Source: the human T2T-CHM13v2.0 reference genome, Homo sapiens. From it: a stretch of DNA of 64,000 nt. Shown here piece by piece: positions 33,861-55,700 of the stretch; the first letter of the stretch is position 1, and each line of letters opens with the position of its first letter. The notes beneath the pieces were generated by a model, which was not told the origin of the DNA, ran no database searches, and saw only the letters and a list, made by a program, of their open reading frames with translations. The DNA lies in assembly GCF_009914755.1 (NCBI RefSeq), contig NC_060947.1; one strand, 5' to 3'. A program made the position numbers and the translations under genes.

Positions 33861-35399
33861 GTCCCTGGGTCTCAGGGACCCTGGAGCTGAAACCCAAGTA
33901 CCACCTGCATCTGCCATGTGCATAGTTCACGGAGAAACAAAAGCAAGACTCCTCTTGGACTTCCCTATTCCACTTGATTGCTTGCACAGTAGTGTGTTTT
34001 CTATGTCCCTCCCCCAAAGATCGTTGTATTCAGTGATAAGCTTTGCCGGCTAAACGGTCTAAATGTCTTAATGAACCCAAATGACCCAAACTCAAAAGGT
34101 AGTGCTGTTTGCAATCTCTTTGACTCGAAGGTTTTAAAAGATGGATCTAAAGTCGATTGTGCCAACTAGTGTGCTGACCACGCTAAGTAAAAATAACAAT
34201 CATGAGCACCTAACACTTGTGACCTTCCTTACTGCCAAGCTAACACCATGCCAGCGATTGTGCTAAGCACTTTCCAGGCGTTATCTCATTGAATCCACAC
34301 AACACCCTGTCAAAGGGCTCTTATTATTATCTCAATTTTGCAGGTTACTAAAATGAAAAACAGGATGACAGTGTCACTTGTCGAGAGCCACACGAGAAAA
34401 TCATCCATAGGCAGCCAGAGCTGTGTCAAGAGCCCATCCACTTAAGCACCACCCTCTGCTTTTTGTGGGTATCATCTATGTGACGTTTGCTAGCATCTTC
34501 AACAGAATGACCAACCTCCCATCCTATCAGGCCAGATGCTTCAGGGTGATGAGCTAACATGGTAACACCAGTGGAGTCCATCAGCATGCGCACACTGGCT
34601 TATAATGATTTTCTTGTGTGAGATAATGTCAGTGTGAATAATGGGTTCAGTAAGTCAATGGGCAGGAGTGCCAGCAGAAATGTGAATTTTAAAAAAGCGA
34701 ATCCATGTACAAAATTAGTACCTGTTCAAGTGAGAAAAAATTGCTGCCCCTTCCAGATGGCAGTCCAGGTGGCTGTCTGGTCCCCCCAGGGAATGCTGTT
34801 ATTAAGGGTTCATTGTTTGTCTCTGCCTGTGGGCAGCTTGAGCACTTAGCAGTGGCTGTGGCCATATCAACTGTTGCCAGTCCCTGAGAGCCCCACTATG
34901 CATTGCTAATTCTCTAAGTCTTGCTTACACCTCTGTTAAAAAAAAAATCCCTTAATTATACTTTCCTCATTTCAACCCCTTGAGTCTACTGTTTGCTTCC
35001 TTTTGAAACCTTGACCGATAGACCTGGTCATGAGGAACTCCCTACGACATTCTGGGTGTAAGTCCAGGGAATGGTGATCATGCAGCAGCAGGGGCCACAA
35101 AGATGTGAGCCACCTGCTCTAGCAACTTTCCTGTACCTTCCAGACCTGCTTGAGTCTGGTCTCAAATATTCCACTTCCAAAAGAGGATGAAATAGCACCA
35201 AATTTATCAGTGGCAGCTGAAGTTCCATGGTTCTTTGGTGCCCCATGGTCAAGCATTCAGACTTTGCCACAGCCCAGGAGCAAGCTGGAAGCTGTTGGTC
35301 AAAAGGAAAATACTTCTTTTGTGGTAGAGGGCATGGTTTACTTCAAAACTCTAGGGCTTTGCTGTGTGTTTCTCCTACTGGGACTTGCCAGAGGCTCCG

Positions 35400-36130
35400 T
35401 GTAGCCTCCCAGTGTGTCAAAGGTCCTGTACCTGTTGAATCTACATGGTCATAAGGGTCAAGTGGCCTGGACCTGTCACAGAGCCTTTTCTTGCCCTGGA
35501 TCTCTCCCCGAAAACATGCAACCCTACAGATGACTTGCTGAGTGCATTGGTGCGGCACAATTAAATGTAGCATATGTTGCCTACAAAATTCAAACATCCA
35601 CACCAAATGCCGTGCCTCTTTCTGAGTGGTAGGTGGTAAGCGGTACAACAACATGTTGAATACCCAACGTGGTCCAGACCATCTAAAAACTTTGCTGAGG
35701 TTCAGGCTCTTGAGTTTTCATGGGGCTTATCTCCTGCCCTGTGGTGTACTTGTATCTTAATAAAGCATCTAGAGTATTCGCTACCTCTAGATCATCAGGT
35801 CCAGTACATATGTCATCAGTGTAATAAACCAGCACAACATTCACAACAATCAAGCTCCATTCAACGTGGATTATGACAGTGAGCCAGAGAATAGATATAG
35901 TCCTAAGGTTGTACTTCTGTTCCCGCTAGATGAAAGTAAGCTGCTTCTAGTGTTCTCTGCTGAATGGGAAAAAATAACATTTGGCAAAGGAATAGCTGTA
36001 TCCCAGGTGCCAGGGGGCTATGTTGATTTGCTGTAGGAAAACAGCATCATCTGGAATAGCAGCTTCAGTTCGAATCACAGCCTGATTAATTCTACAATTA
36101 CCCACTACTAATCTCCAGACTAGCCAGATG
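35400..36130 (-). mobile_element. ERVL-type pol (RT) remnant
   Basis: Reverse strand resembles a decayed VDYRKLNQV..AAxPD..QINxxPGTWYxAIxLANxFF segment. Confidence 0.6.
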
Positions 36131-36840
36131 GGTTAAATAAAGATGTGATATGAGTAACTATTCCCGTATCTTTTAGGGTACCCTGTTCTCACTGCCAGAG
36201 AAATCGAAATTGTTCCTTTCATGGAAACCCATCTTAGCTTCTCTGCACTCTAGCCTGGGGAGAGGAGAGAATTTGAATAGCAAGTGATTTTTGGCACCTG
36301 CATTCCCTTTGTGGCTTCCCCATTTATTTTTTGTTTAAAATACACTTTGTTTCACAGTTCATTAACTTCTGTAAATCTTATAACTACAAACTTGTGAAAA
36401 TAAATGCCTACTATTACAGAAGAGTTTCTATCTCAATTTCATCATGATGAGTCAAAGTGACTATGCATCTAACTTATTTGCTATGAAAAGAAAATTTGAA
36501 AAGAAAACTCTGGATCATAGACAGGCAGGGGAAACAGCTTCAAATGTGTGTGAGAGTCAGTAATGAGGAAAAGGACTGCACCTTCCTATATCTCCCACCT
36601 CCCACCCACCTCTTGATTTAATAAATCTAAGAAGTATGTGAATTAAAGGCCTGGAGTGCCATGGCACAAGTTCAGATAGGGGAACACTCTTTTTCCTCTA
36701 TAGGCATCCATAAACGACTTCTCTATGAGTTAAAATCATCTAATTTTCATGTGGAATATGAAATTTGACTTTATTATTATCAGTGATAGTCTTTCATCAT
36801 ATCCATTATTGTTGTATTTAAAATTGCCCAAAATTGGTCA

Positions 36841-40890
<4,050 letters not shown>

Positions 40891-43859
40891 ATACCTCTTC
40901 CAACATTCTGTAGGCAGCCGTTGATCTGGCCAATGATAAAATGGCCTGTTGAAGATTCTGCTGTGTTCCTAGTTGGGACACAACACTCTTGTGAGGATCT
41001 GGACCATACGCTGAACTAGAAACCATTAAATGGTGCAGTTTTTCTCATGGTCAGAATATAAGAGGTCTGGAAAACAGAGTTGAGGTGGGGAATGGCATAT
41101 CTCACAGACATGCTGAATAATCTGCCTTCAGAATTTTTGCTTCTCAACCTCATGACTTTGTACCTGGCTGGTTTAGATTCTAGTACCCAAGAAAAACATG
41201 CTTCCACTTATGAGAATCGCTCCACTAACTTGCAAACAGAGCCACTTGGCCACTTCTGGCTCCTCATTGCCATTACCCAATCCTCCCCTCTCCAGCTGAC
41301 TTCCAGTTACAACTCGTTGCCCAGAATTGTGCCGCATGGCCACCCTAACTGCAAGAGAGGCCAGTAAATGATGTGACAAAGGATCTGACTGGCTTAGAGC
41401 GACTGTGATGCTTGCCCTGCTGCTGGGCACAGTGCTGTCCTGGCCAAAACTGGGGCTCTGTTATGGAGAAAGAAGAGGAAAGGGATGTCTGTTAGGCAGC
41501 CAACTAACAGTGCTTACCACACATGACCTAGTGAAACGTTTTAGAAGCAGTATAACCCTACAGGACCTGAGGGCAGGAGAGCAGGCTGGGAACTAAAGAG
41601 CATCCATGCAGGGCATTGTTAGGGGCTTTTCTCTTAGAGTACAAAAAGATATTTAGAGCTATTGTTTCACATGCCTTTCTTTAAATGTGATTTTCAGTTT
41701 TTACCTCTGCCAACATCCACTAAAGTCTTATTTAATGGTATAACTTGGTGTGGTGTGGTGCTGTGAAGGTGAGAGATGAGACATAAACAATTTTGAGGCC
41801 TACCCTTAATGTTCACTCACCCCACTCTTTAAACCTGTTCTTTATTGAGTCCCACAGTCTATAATACCCTTCCAATAATAACAGTCTGTTTCTTGTACTT
41901 CCAAACAAAACATTTCTAAGTGGCACAAGATTTGGTACTAGAAGCAAAGTCTTCCATGAGTCTTGCATTCAGACAAATGCAAGAATTTTGTTTTGGTTAC
42001 CTGGCTAGATGTGGTGAAAACAATGTGGTGAAAAATAATCTGGGATGGGAATCTAGTAGCTTACAGCATTTATTAGCAAAACACCTCCTTCAATCCTTGT
42101 ACACTCTCACCTGAACTCTATCGTCCATTGCAGTTAAAGCTCTGGGATAGGCTTCTTGGTCCAGGCATCACCTCCACATGAACCTCTATTCCAGCGTCTA
42201 TACCAAGAAATCAGCCTGATTTAAAATGATCTTCTCTCTTTTTGGGTCAAGAACCTTCACATATCATTTACATAAATATTACCTGTTTCCTGGTACATGT
42301 TTGCAAACTCCTACTACTGTTTTCATATGCAAGCTTTCTCCTGCTGCATGACTTAAATTGTTCAGTTGAGGCAATGTAGAGGTTAACTCTAGTTACAGGC
42401 CTGGAGACATTGGGGTGGGAGAGTAGGAGGGAAGTGCCTTTGCTTCCCTGCTAATTCCCTCATGAGACAGTAAGGGAACCTGCAATCAGATAAACGTGGG
42501 GGTTGTTTAACAATGGAGGCTCAGTAAGAGTTGGGGATTCTGGGGACTCCCAATTCTCCAATTTACTCCCATTTCAAATCCCAGTGTTCTATGCTTTTCT
42601 GATCGTGGCCCCAACCTTTACTAAGAGAACTGAGAAGGCTGCGAACTCACTGAGTTTTGTAATTTGGAAAGGTGATGGGTCAAAATTTTAAAGTTTGGTT
42701 TTTAGTTGTTTTATTCTTGTGCCTGTAAAAGATAAGTAATTCCTTAAGCATTGTTATAGAAATTCCCTCTGTGACCCAAACCAAAAATTCGAGGAATTTG
42801 GCTGTCATTTAGATGATCCCAAACCATCATGAGTGGCCATCCTATCCCACAATTCTTGAAATCCTGTGCAACCATCACCAAAATGTAATTTTAGAACCTT
42901 TTTTTATCACCTCAAAAAGAAACTCTGTGCCCATTAGCAGTCATTCCCCATGTTCCCCTAAATTCCTAGGCCAAGGCTACCACTAATCTGCTTTTTGTCT
43001 CTAGATTTGCCTAGTCTGGATATTTCCTATAAATGGAATCACACAAAATGTGGCCTTTGGTGAATGGCTTCTTTCACTCAGCATAATGCTTTCAATGTTG
43101 TATCCATGTTGTAGCATGGATCAGTACTTCATCCCTTTTTACGGCTCCATTGTATGAATAGACCACATTTTGTTTATCTATTCATCTGTTCATTTTGGTT
43201 GTTTCTACCTTTTGGCTATTGTGAACAGTTCTTCTATGAACATATGTGTACAACCATCTATCTAAAAATCCATTTTCGATTCTCTTGGGTCTATACCTAG
43301 GAGTAGAATTGGTGAGTCATATGGTAACTCTGTGTTTAACCTTTCAAGGAATTGCCAGACCATTTTCTAAAGTGGCTGCATCATTGTACTTGATGGTACT
43401 CATGGTTTGGTCAGACAACACCCAGTTTATCATGGGCAGGTCAGGTCTTAAGACCACATGTATCACAGTCATTCCGTTTCAGTAAATAATTACAGCAAGC
43501 CAGGAGCTTTTCCTCCTGGCAAATTATTATTTTTTGTGTGTGGAGGTCTTAGCTTTAAGTTTATTTCAAATTCCAGAGGGCTGAACTGTGAGTCTCTTAT
43601 TAAAGCTTGGAAAAGGCTCTGTGTAGCATCCTAATGGGGTATGCCATCTCCAGAAAATGGCCCACTGAGTGTCATGCTTCTTTTTTAGCAAGCAGAGGGT
43701 TCCAAGTAAGGCAACTTGTCTTTCTCTTTGGAGGGACCGTCTCAACATGCCTCAGCCCACTGCATGCCCAGGAAGTTCACTGAGGTATCACCTCCCTGAA
43801 TTTTCAAGGGGCTTCTCTCTCACCTTGTGGTGAAATATTTGCCACTTCCTATGCATCAG

Positions 43860-44440
43860 GTCCACTCAGCATGATGTCTTGGGGTACAGTGAGATGATCA
43901 AATCAGTTCCCAGGGACTCAATTATGATAATGTGCCAGAGGCTTCCTTTGTTCTTTCCTTCCATTATCACCCTCAGTCCTTGAGTCAGGAAGCCCCTCTG
44001 GGAATTTATCCAGCTACCAATTGTGTTTATTACAAGTATGGATTCAAGAACCGGGGAAAGAGCCACAGGGTGGCTGATAGTGAAAGGGACGTGGGCTGAC
44101 TCCACTTCTGACCATTGGACCAAGTGGCATTCTACTTCCCCAGTGATTCACACGGGCTAGTGCAAGCCCCTGGTAAATGGCCACGGGTCCCACGAGAAGG
44201 GAGGAGGCAGGCTGAAAGTACACACTTGTAGCGTTACATGTGCCTGGCCTCACCTTTACAGGCTCACCTCACGGGCTCTGGCCTGTGGACTGACTAGATC
44301 TGGGAATTAGATGAGGCACCATGATTTTCCATTGTGGTGATTCAAGGCAGAATGCCTTTAGCCAGACCTAGAGTTACCGGGGTTATACAGATCATGATGG
44401 CTTACTACAGGACACTGTGATCAATTAGACACCACCAAAG
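43860..44440 (-). mobile_element. ERVL protease-region remnant
   Basis: ORF 43866-44123 contains GSWINSQRGFLTQGLRVIMEGK, similar to ERVL SSWQNPHIGSLTxGVRAIMVGK. Confidence 0.55.
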
Positions 44441-44974
44441 ATCCCTGGGGAGAAATCAGTTTGGTTCCAGCTTCCAGCCCTGCTGCCTATCATGATACCC
44501 AGGCTCATCCTGTTTCTATGAGATTTAGTGCCAGTGCTTTGTCTCTGCTGTTTGGCGTGAAGCCCGGTCGTAGAGTTCAAATTGAGGTGTGCTGTGAGCA
44601 TAAACGCACACACCGGAAAGTCTTTGCGGGGACAAAAAAAAAAACCAATGTAAAATACCCCATTCATACTGTTGTGTTTTGCCTATATGTGGAAATGATA
44701 ATATTTCGGATACGCTGGGTTAAAAAAATTCATTATAAATCATTTTCACCTTTTTCTTTTTACTCTTCTTTCATGTTGCTGCTGGAAAATTTAAAAGTCA
44801 ACATGTGGCACGCACACTACTCCTATTGGCCATCTGCTCTAGCTGGATGGGAACTGCAAGCAGCAAAGGCCTTTCAACCTCTCCGAGCTTCAACATGTTC
44901 ACTTATGCATCAGGACTGATCCAACAGCAACCTGAAAGGGTCGGTGTGAGAAAGCAAAGAAAGAGGTACTGTTT

Positions 44975-45990
44975 ACGGAGCGTTCAGCCGTGAGCCCAGG
45001 CGCAGGCGCGGAGCTAAACCCGGAGGTGAAGCAACTACAGCTGGGGCCACGCCCACAGACTCCGGGCTGTCGGGGCGGGCGGCACTCGCGCTTCCAGCCT
45101 GGGCCAACCAGGCTGCTTGAGGCTCGAAGCGCATGCGCGGTCTCGCCCTCCGTACTGGCCGAGCCAGCAAATCGCATTGCGCAGACGACCAGCGGGCGCC
45201 TCGGATTCCGCCCCCGGGATGGCCCCGCCTCCTCCCGCCCCGCGGCAAGGCACGCACAGGGCAGTGCGCGGGTGGGTGGGTCCTAGCAGCGCGGCCTGAC
45301 GGGACCAAGGCGGCGGGAGTCTGCGGTCGTTCCCTCGGCTGTGGACCGGGCGGCACGCACGCGGTGCAGGGTAACATGGCGGATGCGGAAGGTAAGGGCT
45401 GCAGGCTTCCGGGCCGTGCTAACTCCGGGCGACTCGGGGAACGGGGGTGGGGGGATGGTATCGGGGCCCGCGCACGCCTCCCTCTGGTTCCCGCCGGCGT
45501 GTCGGCCTCTTCACCGCCCGGCCTTAAGCCGGCCTTGTCTCTCGGCCCTGGCTCCGTGGCAAGGGCGCGAGAGTGGGAGCCCCTCGCGGTGATTTGGCAT
45601 GATGGGGCTCGGCCCTCTCACCTCCCTGGGGTCCGGGTCGCCGTCGAAAGACATCTGCCGTGCTGCCCACCCCGCGGTGGCGTGGGACGTGGCAGTGTCT
45701 GTGCTGCTGCCAGCCCGGACGCCGCCGTTACAGCTCCATGCGACTAGGGGAGCAAGGGTAGTGGAAACGGGCCGAGAAGAAAAGGAGCGGAGGGACCCCG
45801 GAGCAGGGATAGAGCTCCGAGTTGCAAGAAAGTTCTAGAGGCCACAAGCCCGCGGGGACAGTCGAGTGGTCGCTTATGGAACTTTCCGGCCCCCTGCGTG
45901 AGCGCTTCTGTGGGATGTTTAAGCTCTGCCATAGCCACGTGGTGAACCGGAAGGGAAGCCGACACGTGCAGTAGCCTACAGTCAGTTACC
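44975..45990 (+). promoter_or_regulatory. DKC1 CpG-island promoter and first-intron regulatory region
   Basis: CpG rich; perfect NRF1 palindrome GCGCATGCGC 45129-45138; Sp1-type GC boxes; E-boxes CACGTG at 45936-45941 and 45963-45968 flanking ETS core CCGGAAG 45947-45953. Confidence 0.9.
45376..45391 (+). CDS. DKC1: Dyskerin (H/ACA RNP pseudouridine synthase) exon 1 CDS, MADAE-
   Basis: AACATGGCGGATGCGGAAG|GTAAGG. Confidence 0.97.
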
Positions 45991-46039
45991 CAGCCATGGG
46001 ACCCATACATTTGGCCTTACACACCTTGTTTTCTCGCTT

Positions 46040-47195
46040 ACCTACGGATATACGTTCTAAGAAATGGGTCGTTAGGCGATTTCATCATTGTGTGAACATC
46101 AGAGGGCTCTTACACAAACCTAGGTGGCATAGGCTACTACACACCTAGGCTGTATATGGTGTAGCGTATGGCTCCTAGGCTTCAAACCTGGACAGCATGG
46201 TATTGTGCGGAATGCTGTAGGCAGTTGGGACACAGCGTCGAGAGTTTGTGTACTTAAACATGTCTAAGCAGAAAAAGGACAGTAAAAATATAGCACAGGG
46301 CCGGGCGCGGTGGCTCAGGCCTGTGATCCCAGCCCAGGCTGGCGGATCACCTGCGGTCAGGAGTTCAAGACCAGCCTGGCCAACATGGTGAAACCCCGTC
46401 TCTACTAAAAATACAAAAAATTTAGGTGGGCGTGGTGGTATACGCCTGTAATCCCAGCTACTCGGGAGGCTGAGGCAGGAGAATTGCTTGAACCTGGAGA
46501 AGGAGGTTGCAGTGAGCCGAGTTTCTGCCACTGCACTCCAGCCTGGGGAAAGAGTGTGACCGTCTCAAAAAAAAAAAATTATATATATATATAAATATGT
46601 GTGTGTATATATGTATATTATATATGTATGTATTATATGTATGTATATTATATATATATAGTACACAAGGTTATAAGTGGTGCACCCGTAGAGGAGGGCA
46701 CTTACCATGAATGGAGCTTGCTGAGCTGGAAGTTGCCCTGGTTGAGTCGGTGACTGAATGTGAAGGCCTCAGACATTACACTACTGGAGACTTTATAATC
46801 TGTACACCTAGGCTACACTAAATTTATAAAAATATATTTTTCTTCAGAATAAATCAACCTTAGCTTACTGTAACTTTATAAACTTTTTACTTCGACTGTT
46901 GTAATAATACTTAGCTTAAAACAAACACATTATTTAGCTGTACGTAAATATTTTCTCTGCTTATCTCCTTATTTATAAGTTTTCTATTTTAAAATTTTTT
47001 AATTTTTTTCTTAAAAAATTTTTTTTTGTTAACTAAGACACAAACACAGCACACACAGTAGCCTTGACCTACACAGGGTCAGGATCATCAAGACATCACT
47101 AGGAGATAGGAATTTTTCAGCTCTGTTATAATCTTATGGGGGCCACCATCACATACGCAGTCTGTACTTGCAAAACATTATGTGGCATGTGACTG
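46040..47195. mobile_element. Tigger3-like DNA transposon in DKC1 intron 1 with nested Alu (46279-46578) and (TA)-rich repeat (46579-46660)
   Basis: GTTCTAAGAAATGGGTCGTTAGGCGATTTC..., terminus GCATGTGACTGTA. Confidence 0.7.
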
Positions 47196-47308
47196 TAATT
47201 GTAGACCTAAAATCCATTTCCTACCTGCCCTAATTTCGGTCTTTATTTTAAACCCTTGTTTCATTTATTCTTGGGGAAAATTCCCAAATCCTGTGTTTGT
47301 TTTTTTAG

Positions 47309-47376
47309 TAATTATTTTGCCAAAGAAACATAAGAAGAAAAAGGAGCGGAAGTCATTGCCAGAAGAAGATGTAGCC
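47309..47376 (+). CDS. DKC1: Dyskerin exon 2 ([23 protein letters not shown]; N-terminal NLS)
   Basis: TTTAG| acceptor, |GTGAGT donor, frame continuous. Confidence 0.97.
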
Positions 47377-47739
47377 GTGAGTAGTAATGTGTTTGACTTC
47401 ACTTTGACTAAAAAGAAAGTTTACTTAAATAACAAACTAAAGGAAAGAAGTGTTTTTAAAGGTTTCCAAGGAATGGGCCAGCATTGGTAGTCATTGTGTA
47501 GATTCGAAAAAGCACTGAAATGACACAGCCCCAGACAGTCCAAGTGTCCTTCAGGCATAGCTTACTAAATGGTGCTGGCCTTACCAACTGCTGTCTCTGA
47601 ATTTGTCTTCCTTATGCCACCCACAGACCCGCCATCCCCCTTTCTCTTTAAATGTTTGGACCCATCTTAGTGACATTTCACTTCCCCTCTGTACTCCTGG
47701 TTCATTTCTTCTCTCTCTTTCCCTTGGAGGTCCCAGTGA

Positions 47740-47949
<210 letters not shown>

Positions 47950-48316
47950 TAAAATCGTGCATCAGATGAATGCCTGCTTTTACGTTATTTCCAAGTGTTA
48001 AACAATTGATTGAGAATGCTTACTGCTGGCATCCTTGACTTTGGGAAGTGCCCACTGATACAGTTTAAAGCAGGATTCCTTAAGGTATCTGAAATGAGAA
48101 CCAAGTTTTTAAAAAATTGGCAGTGCACTCAACACTGTTGTAGAACACATGTCCCCACAATGTTAAATTGCTGAGTTTGTCAACAGTTCTCAGTTTTTGT
48201 ACTTAGTCCATCTTGCAGACCTATGCCAGTTTGTGGGCCACATAGTGGTACTGACTCTTTTTTTACATGTGCTCACGACATGGTATTTTGTTTTGTGTTG
48301 TGTCGTTGCTTTGTAG

Positions 48317-48409
<93 letters not shown>

Positions 48410-48596
48410 TAAGTGTTGGGAGGAGGCACTGTGCAAACTTACTTTCTTTTGAAAATGCTTTCACATCAGCTATTCAGGAAGGCAGTGGCATGCCAGAATA
48501 GCTTTGTCTTGAATATATAACCTGTACCCGCAGTGAATTATTTTTCTTTTTAACTTTTCAGATTTGTTGTTTCACTGGAGCATTAAGAGTGGGTGA

Positions 48597-48839
<243 letters not shown>

Positions 48840-49384
48840 TAGAGTGAAAAGCTTTCTGTATTTCCCTTCTATGTTTTGTCTGCTGGAAACTATTTCTTCA
48901 TTAAGAAAAAAAAAAATCCTAAAGCAAGGATATTGTTTTGGTTTCTGTGTACGTTCTGTCCCCTGCCAGATCTTGGTGGTCCGCGCTTTTTGGAATTCCA
49001 CATACTAAGCATGTATTCATCAAGCTGACTGGATCCATTTGTCCGGGTTCAGCTCTCAGCTTGTCACTCCAGGCTTCTCACTCTGTGCTACCGCTTCTGC
49101 CTAAAGTATCCTTCGTTCATTTTTATCTGAGAAAAGCCTGCTTATCTTGCAAGGCTTTTTCCACGCAGCTTCTACACTGAGTACTCCCAACTGTCCCTGT
49201 TAGTACATTGAATTCCCAGTGAGAAAGTGTCTTCATTCTTTCCCACATCATCACCATGAAATCTCTCTTAATGCAAATTTTATAGAAACACAAGGTCAAA
49301 CTGCCGCTTTTCCTGCTGTGCAAAATGGGAGTGACTGAGCATATAAGAAATATGGAAAACAGAAAACTCAGTGGCCACACCTGA

Positions 49385-49486
<102 letters not shown>

Positions 49487-49665
49487 TAGGGAGGACACCC
49501 TTTGTTGACTTGGATCTCTGAGCCCCTAAACATCTGGAGATGGGTTAGCTGTCCTGACTGACTCCTTTTGTCCCCTTTTCAGTCGGCTGCTGCAGCCAGC
49601 CTGGACCAGTGACTGCACATGTACATTCTGATGAGGTGTTTGTTTTCATTTGTGTTTGTTCTTAG

Positions 49666-49809
<144 letters not shown>

Positions 49810-49859
49810 TGAGTGGGTATGAACACATTCTTCAGGATTCTGTTCTCTTATTAAAAGTA

Positions 49860-50559
<700 letters not shown>

Positions 50560-50644
50560 AGAATTACAGATCTTTACAGCAAATGCTTATATTTTAAGAA
50601 GTGTGTCTGTCACCTCTAGTCTTGGTGGCTCAGATGAAGGATAA

Positions 50645-51069
<425 letters not shown>

Positions 51070-51118
51070 ATGCCTGCTTGGGGTCTAATACTTCAACGGT
51101 TAAAGATGCCTGGAAGAG

Positions 51119-51430
<312 letters not shown>

Positions 51431-51544
51431 GATGCCTGGAAGAGCCAGGACTGAAGAGGCTGAAGACATAATGAGCTTGGACTAGTAAACAAGTGACATT
51501 CAGTTTTAGGAAGTTTGGGGTCTGATGGGCTGAGATACAAATAA

Positions 51545-51844
<300 letters not shown>

Positions 51845-52596
51845 TAAAGTAAAAGTTTAATGGTAGGCATACTTAAAAATAAGGCACATTAGGCCAGGCA
51901 CAGTGGCTGATGCCTATAATCCTAGCACTTTGGCAGGCTGAGGCAAGAGGATCACTTGAGTCCAGGAAGGAGTTTGAGACCAGCTTGAGCCCAGGAGATC
52001 AAGGCTGTGAGCTGTGTTTTTATGATGATCAGAGAGTTGGCCTTTTATAAATTAAAACATTGTCTTTTTCTCTAACTTGAGGGATAAAAATTTCTGGATA
52101 TTTAAAATGTTTGTAGTTGGTAATTATTTATATTCAAATCTTGTATAGATGTTCACATTTTTTGTATGTGTATAGGCTGTAATAAATACTGAAAGATGGC
52201 ACCATAATAGTTGAAAAAACTCAGTCACAAAACAGTGGACAACATAAATGTGATGTCCTCTCCTTATCAAACCATTGGCTTCTGGGTGAATGTAAAGGGA
52301 GGGGAGAATGTGATCAAAAGAGGTCTAGGTGAGTGGAGATGGTATGAGGCAGATGGGTGCATTGGGTACCATTGAACCTCTGGAGAGGTAGCCTTAACTT
52401 GTACCCACTGACCTATAAATTCTGCACCAAGACTTTTGTGTGATTGGTTCAACAGGGCTCAGTAATCTTGTTTTCAAGTTCTTTAAGAGCCTGTTATTGC
52501 CTGGATCTCCAGTAAATCTGTTCTTTCTCCTCATAAGGAGGAGAGAGGAGTAATTAAGGAATGCCAAGGCTATTTTTATGTTTCAAATGAAAATAT

Positions 52597-52901
52597 GGAC
52601 CACGTGCGGTGGCTCACACCCATAATCCCAGCGCTTTGGGAGGCCGGGCCAGGCAAATTGCTTGAGCTCAGGAGTTTGAGACCAGCCTGGGCAATATGGT
52701 GAAACCCTGTCTCTATTAAAAATACAAAAATTAGCTGGGCGTGGTGGCACGTGCCTGTAATCCCAGCTCCTTGGGAGGCTGAGAATCACTTGAACTTGGG
52801 AGATGGAGGTTGCAGTGAGCCGAGAATGTGCCACTGCACTCCACCCTGGACAACAGAGGGAGGTTCTGCCTGAAAATTAAAAAAAAAAAAAAAAAAAAAA
52901 A
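52597..52901 (+). mobile_element. Alu (intron 9); further partial AluJ at about 51892-52010
   Basis: Alu consensus with A tail. Confidence 0.88.
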
Positions 52902-53002
52902 GAAAATACTTGTGAGTCTCTAGAACCTGAAAACCTGAAAGTCTTCTTTACTACTTTTGAGTCGTGTGTAATGTGCGGAGAGTGGTACCTATAGCACAGT
53001 GA

Positions 53003-55000
<1,998 letters not shown>

Positions 55001-55542
55001 TAAAGTACCAGTGTTTTTTAACTTGTGAAAGCTTAGCTACTGTTGGATTGTCTCTTAAGACTTTAAATGCTCTGCGCACCCTCTTAGTGAATGAACCTTA
55101 GAGCTATTCATTTAATGGGTCTAATTTGTACCAGAAGTAAGCATGTCATCAGGATTCCTTAGCTCTGTGAGCAGGCAAGGCAGCCACGGCTTATGGACAG
55201 CAGCAGAAAAGGAATCCTTAAAACTTCAAAGGTTCTGTGGCCCCAAAGGGAGTGTGCATGCCGTTCTTATAGACGTCTTGAGCTGCAAGCCTGTTATGTG
55301 TATCGTTAGGTGCTTTGGTTAGGTGTTTTTTAACTTCAGAAGTTTAACGTCATTTCAAAGGCCTCCTTCTCATAATGGAGTATTTCCTCCATATGCACAT
55401 CCTGAGCAAAGGTAACCCCAATTAAAGTAGTAGCTCAGAGTTTTAAAAGTTTTAAAGTGGCATACAACAGTAGAATTGGGGCTCATCAATTATCAATTCT
55501 TTCACCCTTCAAATAATTCTTTTCTTTATTCAATGCCTGTAG

Positions 55543-55661
55543 CTATTGCATTAATGACCACAGCGGTCATCTCTACCTGCGACCATGGTATAGTAGCCAA
55601 GATCAAGAGAGTGATCATGGAGAGAGACACTTACCCTCGGAAGTGGGGTTTAGGTCCAAAG
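55543..55661 (+). CDS. DKC1: Dyskerin exon 11 ([16 protein letters not shown]...[10 protein letters not shown])
   Basis: TAG| ... |GTAAGT; Ala353 GCG at 55563-55565. Confidence 0.97.
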
Positions 55662-55700
55662 GTAAGTGGTACTGGGTTGCGTGCCCTGCCAGGTTCTTTT

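Noticed and set aside
33004-33925. Long ORFs (204, 170, 117 aa) over the GAB3 CpG island, including an in-frame 5' extension of GAB3
   Set aside because: Stop-poor GC-rich sequence with non-ATG starts; only the 24 codons bounded by the Kozak ATG and the GT donor match GAB3.
44899-45838. Overlapping 60-204 aa ORFs at the DKC1 promoter
   Set aside because: CpG-island artefacts; only MADAE belongs to the known protein (the uORF is treated separately).
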